Shown here: positions 61,950 to 64,000 of the stretch, one piece after another
Position numbering within the stretch: position 1 is the first letter of the stretch
Layout of the letters: every line of letters begins with the position of its first letter
From: Octopus vulgaris
Lineage: Eukaryota
Assembly: GCA_951406725.2 (NCBI GenBank)
Contig: OX597815.1
Coordinates: forward strand, 79,050,001 to 79,114,000
Reading direction: 5' to 3'
DNA length: 64,000 nucleotides
Program-made: the position numbers and the translations under genes
The notes under the pieces: model-generated
What the model saw: only the letters and a program-made list of their open reading frames with translations
What the model was told of the DNA's origin: nothing
The model's database searches: none

Positions 61950-63508
61950 TACTGTTTGCATTAGGTATTGATTCGGCTAGACAAAGAATCAACATGTAAC
62001 ACAGGTTATATTGAACTGAATATGTCTCAGTACATCAGAAGTACTATATTTAATTGGACAAAAGAAAGATTACATCTTCAGCAAAGCTTTTCCACTGACA
62101 TTAAACTATCTTCCTTAAGCTACGTAGCACTATCCCTCTTGCACATCCATTGTTTACACTGGGTACACTGTATAGAATTTCTACCAACTCCTTTTCTGCA
62201 TATCAAACATGACTATTTCCCTGATGATGGCAGGGTTTCCACCTCCTTTCTTACTTTGGTATTTACTAAGTTCATCATCGTCGTTGTTGTAGTCATCATC
62301 ATCATCATTATCCTTTAACGTCTGTATCCTCTGCTGGCATGGGTTGGATGGTTTGACCAGAGCTGTACCAGACTCCAATCTGTTTTCGCTTGGTTACTAT
62401 GGTTGGCTTTACAGTGTGTGATGCTGGGTACTTTTATTGTGGCACATGCATGAGCACTTTTACATGATGCCAGCACAAGTGCTTTTTATGTGGCACTGGC
62501 ACAGGACTCGTGCCAGCCAATCCTCTTCACCAGCAGGAGCAGCCTTAATACTTCTGCTGTGGAGGACAGGCTTTCTTAAGTACAGCAAGGTGTCAGGTAT
62601 CTTGGTCCTTTGTCATCTCATTCAAAAATTTCAGCATCCTGAGGTTGTCCTTCAGTACTTCATCGCACGAATTCAATCCACTTTGAGAGATTGGCACTTC
62701 CTTATGAAACTGTTGGCATCAATTTTCACTTTTTTTTATTTCTTTTCTTGAGTTTTGGGATTCATAAGGCTGGTTACTCTGTTTCCATTGCATGTAAAGG
62801 ACCAAGATCACAACATTTCCCTGAACAGAATGCCTCTCTGCTTCAGGGTCCAAGGCTGGCATTTTGAGGAAAGGAGACAAGTCAGTTAAACCAACCACAA
62901 TACTAGTACTTGACTAGTACTTTATTTTATCAAATCTGAAAGGATGAAAGGCAAAGTTGATCCAGTGGAATTTGAGCTCAGATTGTGATGAACTGGAATG
63001 CCATTGAAAATTTTGTGACATGCTACTAATTCTGTCAGCATTTTAAGTTTCCTTTAACATTTTTCAATTCCAGAGTTTACTTCCACGACAGGAATTTCTT
63101 CTCTATACTGTTTACAGATTCATCTACAAGACCTAGGTCATCATCATACAGATCTTACAAGTAGCCAGTCTTAAACTCATCTGCTATGGCTTAGAGAATC
63201 ATAATAAAAAGAAGGGACAGTGGGCTACGCCTCAAGGGATCCCCTACCTCTATGCTAAATTTATTGTTGAACTCACTGCAGTCTCTCATCTTACTAACTG
63301 TACCTGACTTGAATAGTCTTCACAAGCCTTTCATCTTACCTTAGTTTTGTTAATAACTTCTATCTTATAGAATTACAGTGTGGGGCATAGTTATAGTTGT
63401 TCTCCAAGAAAACAAATGCTAAATATAGGGACTTACTCATATCTAAGTATTTCTCCTGTTGTTATCCCACTAGAAACTTAGCAAAAAACTAAGTTACATC
63501 TGATGATA
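61950..63508 (-). mobile_element. fragmented degenerate RTE LINE RT region with nested repeats
   Basis: QQEKYLDMSKSLYLAFVFLE, SLLFIMIL*AIADEFKTG..LYDDDLGL (63040-63508); CLICRKGVGRNSIQCTQCKQW (62100-62270); inserts at ~62290-62720 and 62850-63040. Confidence 0.75.
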
Positions 63509-64000
63509 CCATAAATCCTCATGTATAGTCCACCCTTGAGTATAATATACAGGGGATTTTTAGGGGGCTGTACCTCTGAAAAAACTAAACCTTGTGTATA
63601 ATACGCATCCCTTCTCTAACTTGAGTCAAGTAGGTCTATATAACATCCTTGGTTTGTAAAAATGTATATGGTAATGTCCTTTATTATTATTGTATATATA
63701 ACATAATGCAAACGTGTAGCATTTTTGTGCATTTTGTTTGCAGAAAATAAAGAAAAAACAGTAATAACGTTTAATAAATGTTGCTTACTGCAAGTTATGG
63801 ATGATTCTTTTATGACTTCATTGCTTTCAGGCTTAGCTTAAGGTATTTTCGTGCCCGACATCACAAAATGCGTCTGAATAAACATTGTCAAACAGCAAAC
63901 AGAGACTAGGACATTGCTTAGAAAATAATCTTCCTTTTTAACCTCGTGTGTAATACGCACTAGGGATTTTGACCATTAAATTTTGGGAAAACAATGTGGA
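63509..64000. mobile_element. pogo/Tigger-like MITE, second copy (runs off the window)
   Basis: Reverse-complement homolog of 10956-11475; TA flank at 63507-63508. Confidence 0.85.

Noticed and set aside
62221-62260. CTGATGA (and CTGAAGA at 57921) as hammerhead cores
   Set aside because: They are the antisense of RTE coding sequence (PSSGK) and lack a GAAA/stem partner.

Overview
AT-rich, microsatellite-dense eukaryotic DNA, most likely from an Octopus genome (inferred from the SINE families and repeat style; not database-verified). I could not identify any intact host protein-coding gene. Nearly all ORF-track entries are microsatellite or SINE artefacts, or transposon pseudogenes. DNA transposons: a full-length defective DD34D mariner, a DD37D maT, a Buster/Charlie hAT interrupted by a Helitron, more Helitron-type elements, a Merlin remnant and several MITEs. 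Retroelements: Tx1/L1, RTE, CR1 and R4/Dong LINE fragments, Penelope-like remnants, a probable solo LTR and many tRNA-derived SINEs. The most interesting signals are: (1) hammerhead-ribozyme-like motifs, one inside a ~200-bp insertion with a 13-bp target-site duplication; (2) at least five mutually unrelated long fold-back palindromes plus other inverted pairs; (3) a CpG-retaining central block bounded by two candidate outward-facing promoters/first exons (~6.4 kb and ~35.2 kb); (4) an RTE LINE with three C-terminal C2H2-like fingers; (5) a local duplication whose two copies reveal each other's empty insertion sites. Boundaries of degenerate elements are approximate and were read by eye.
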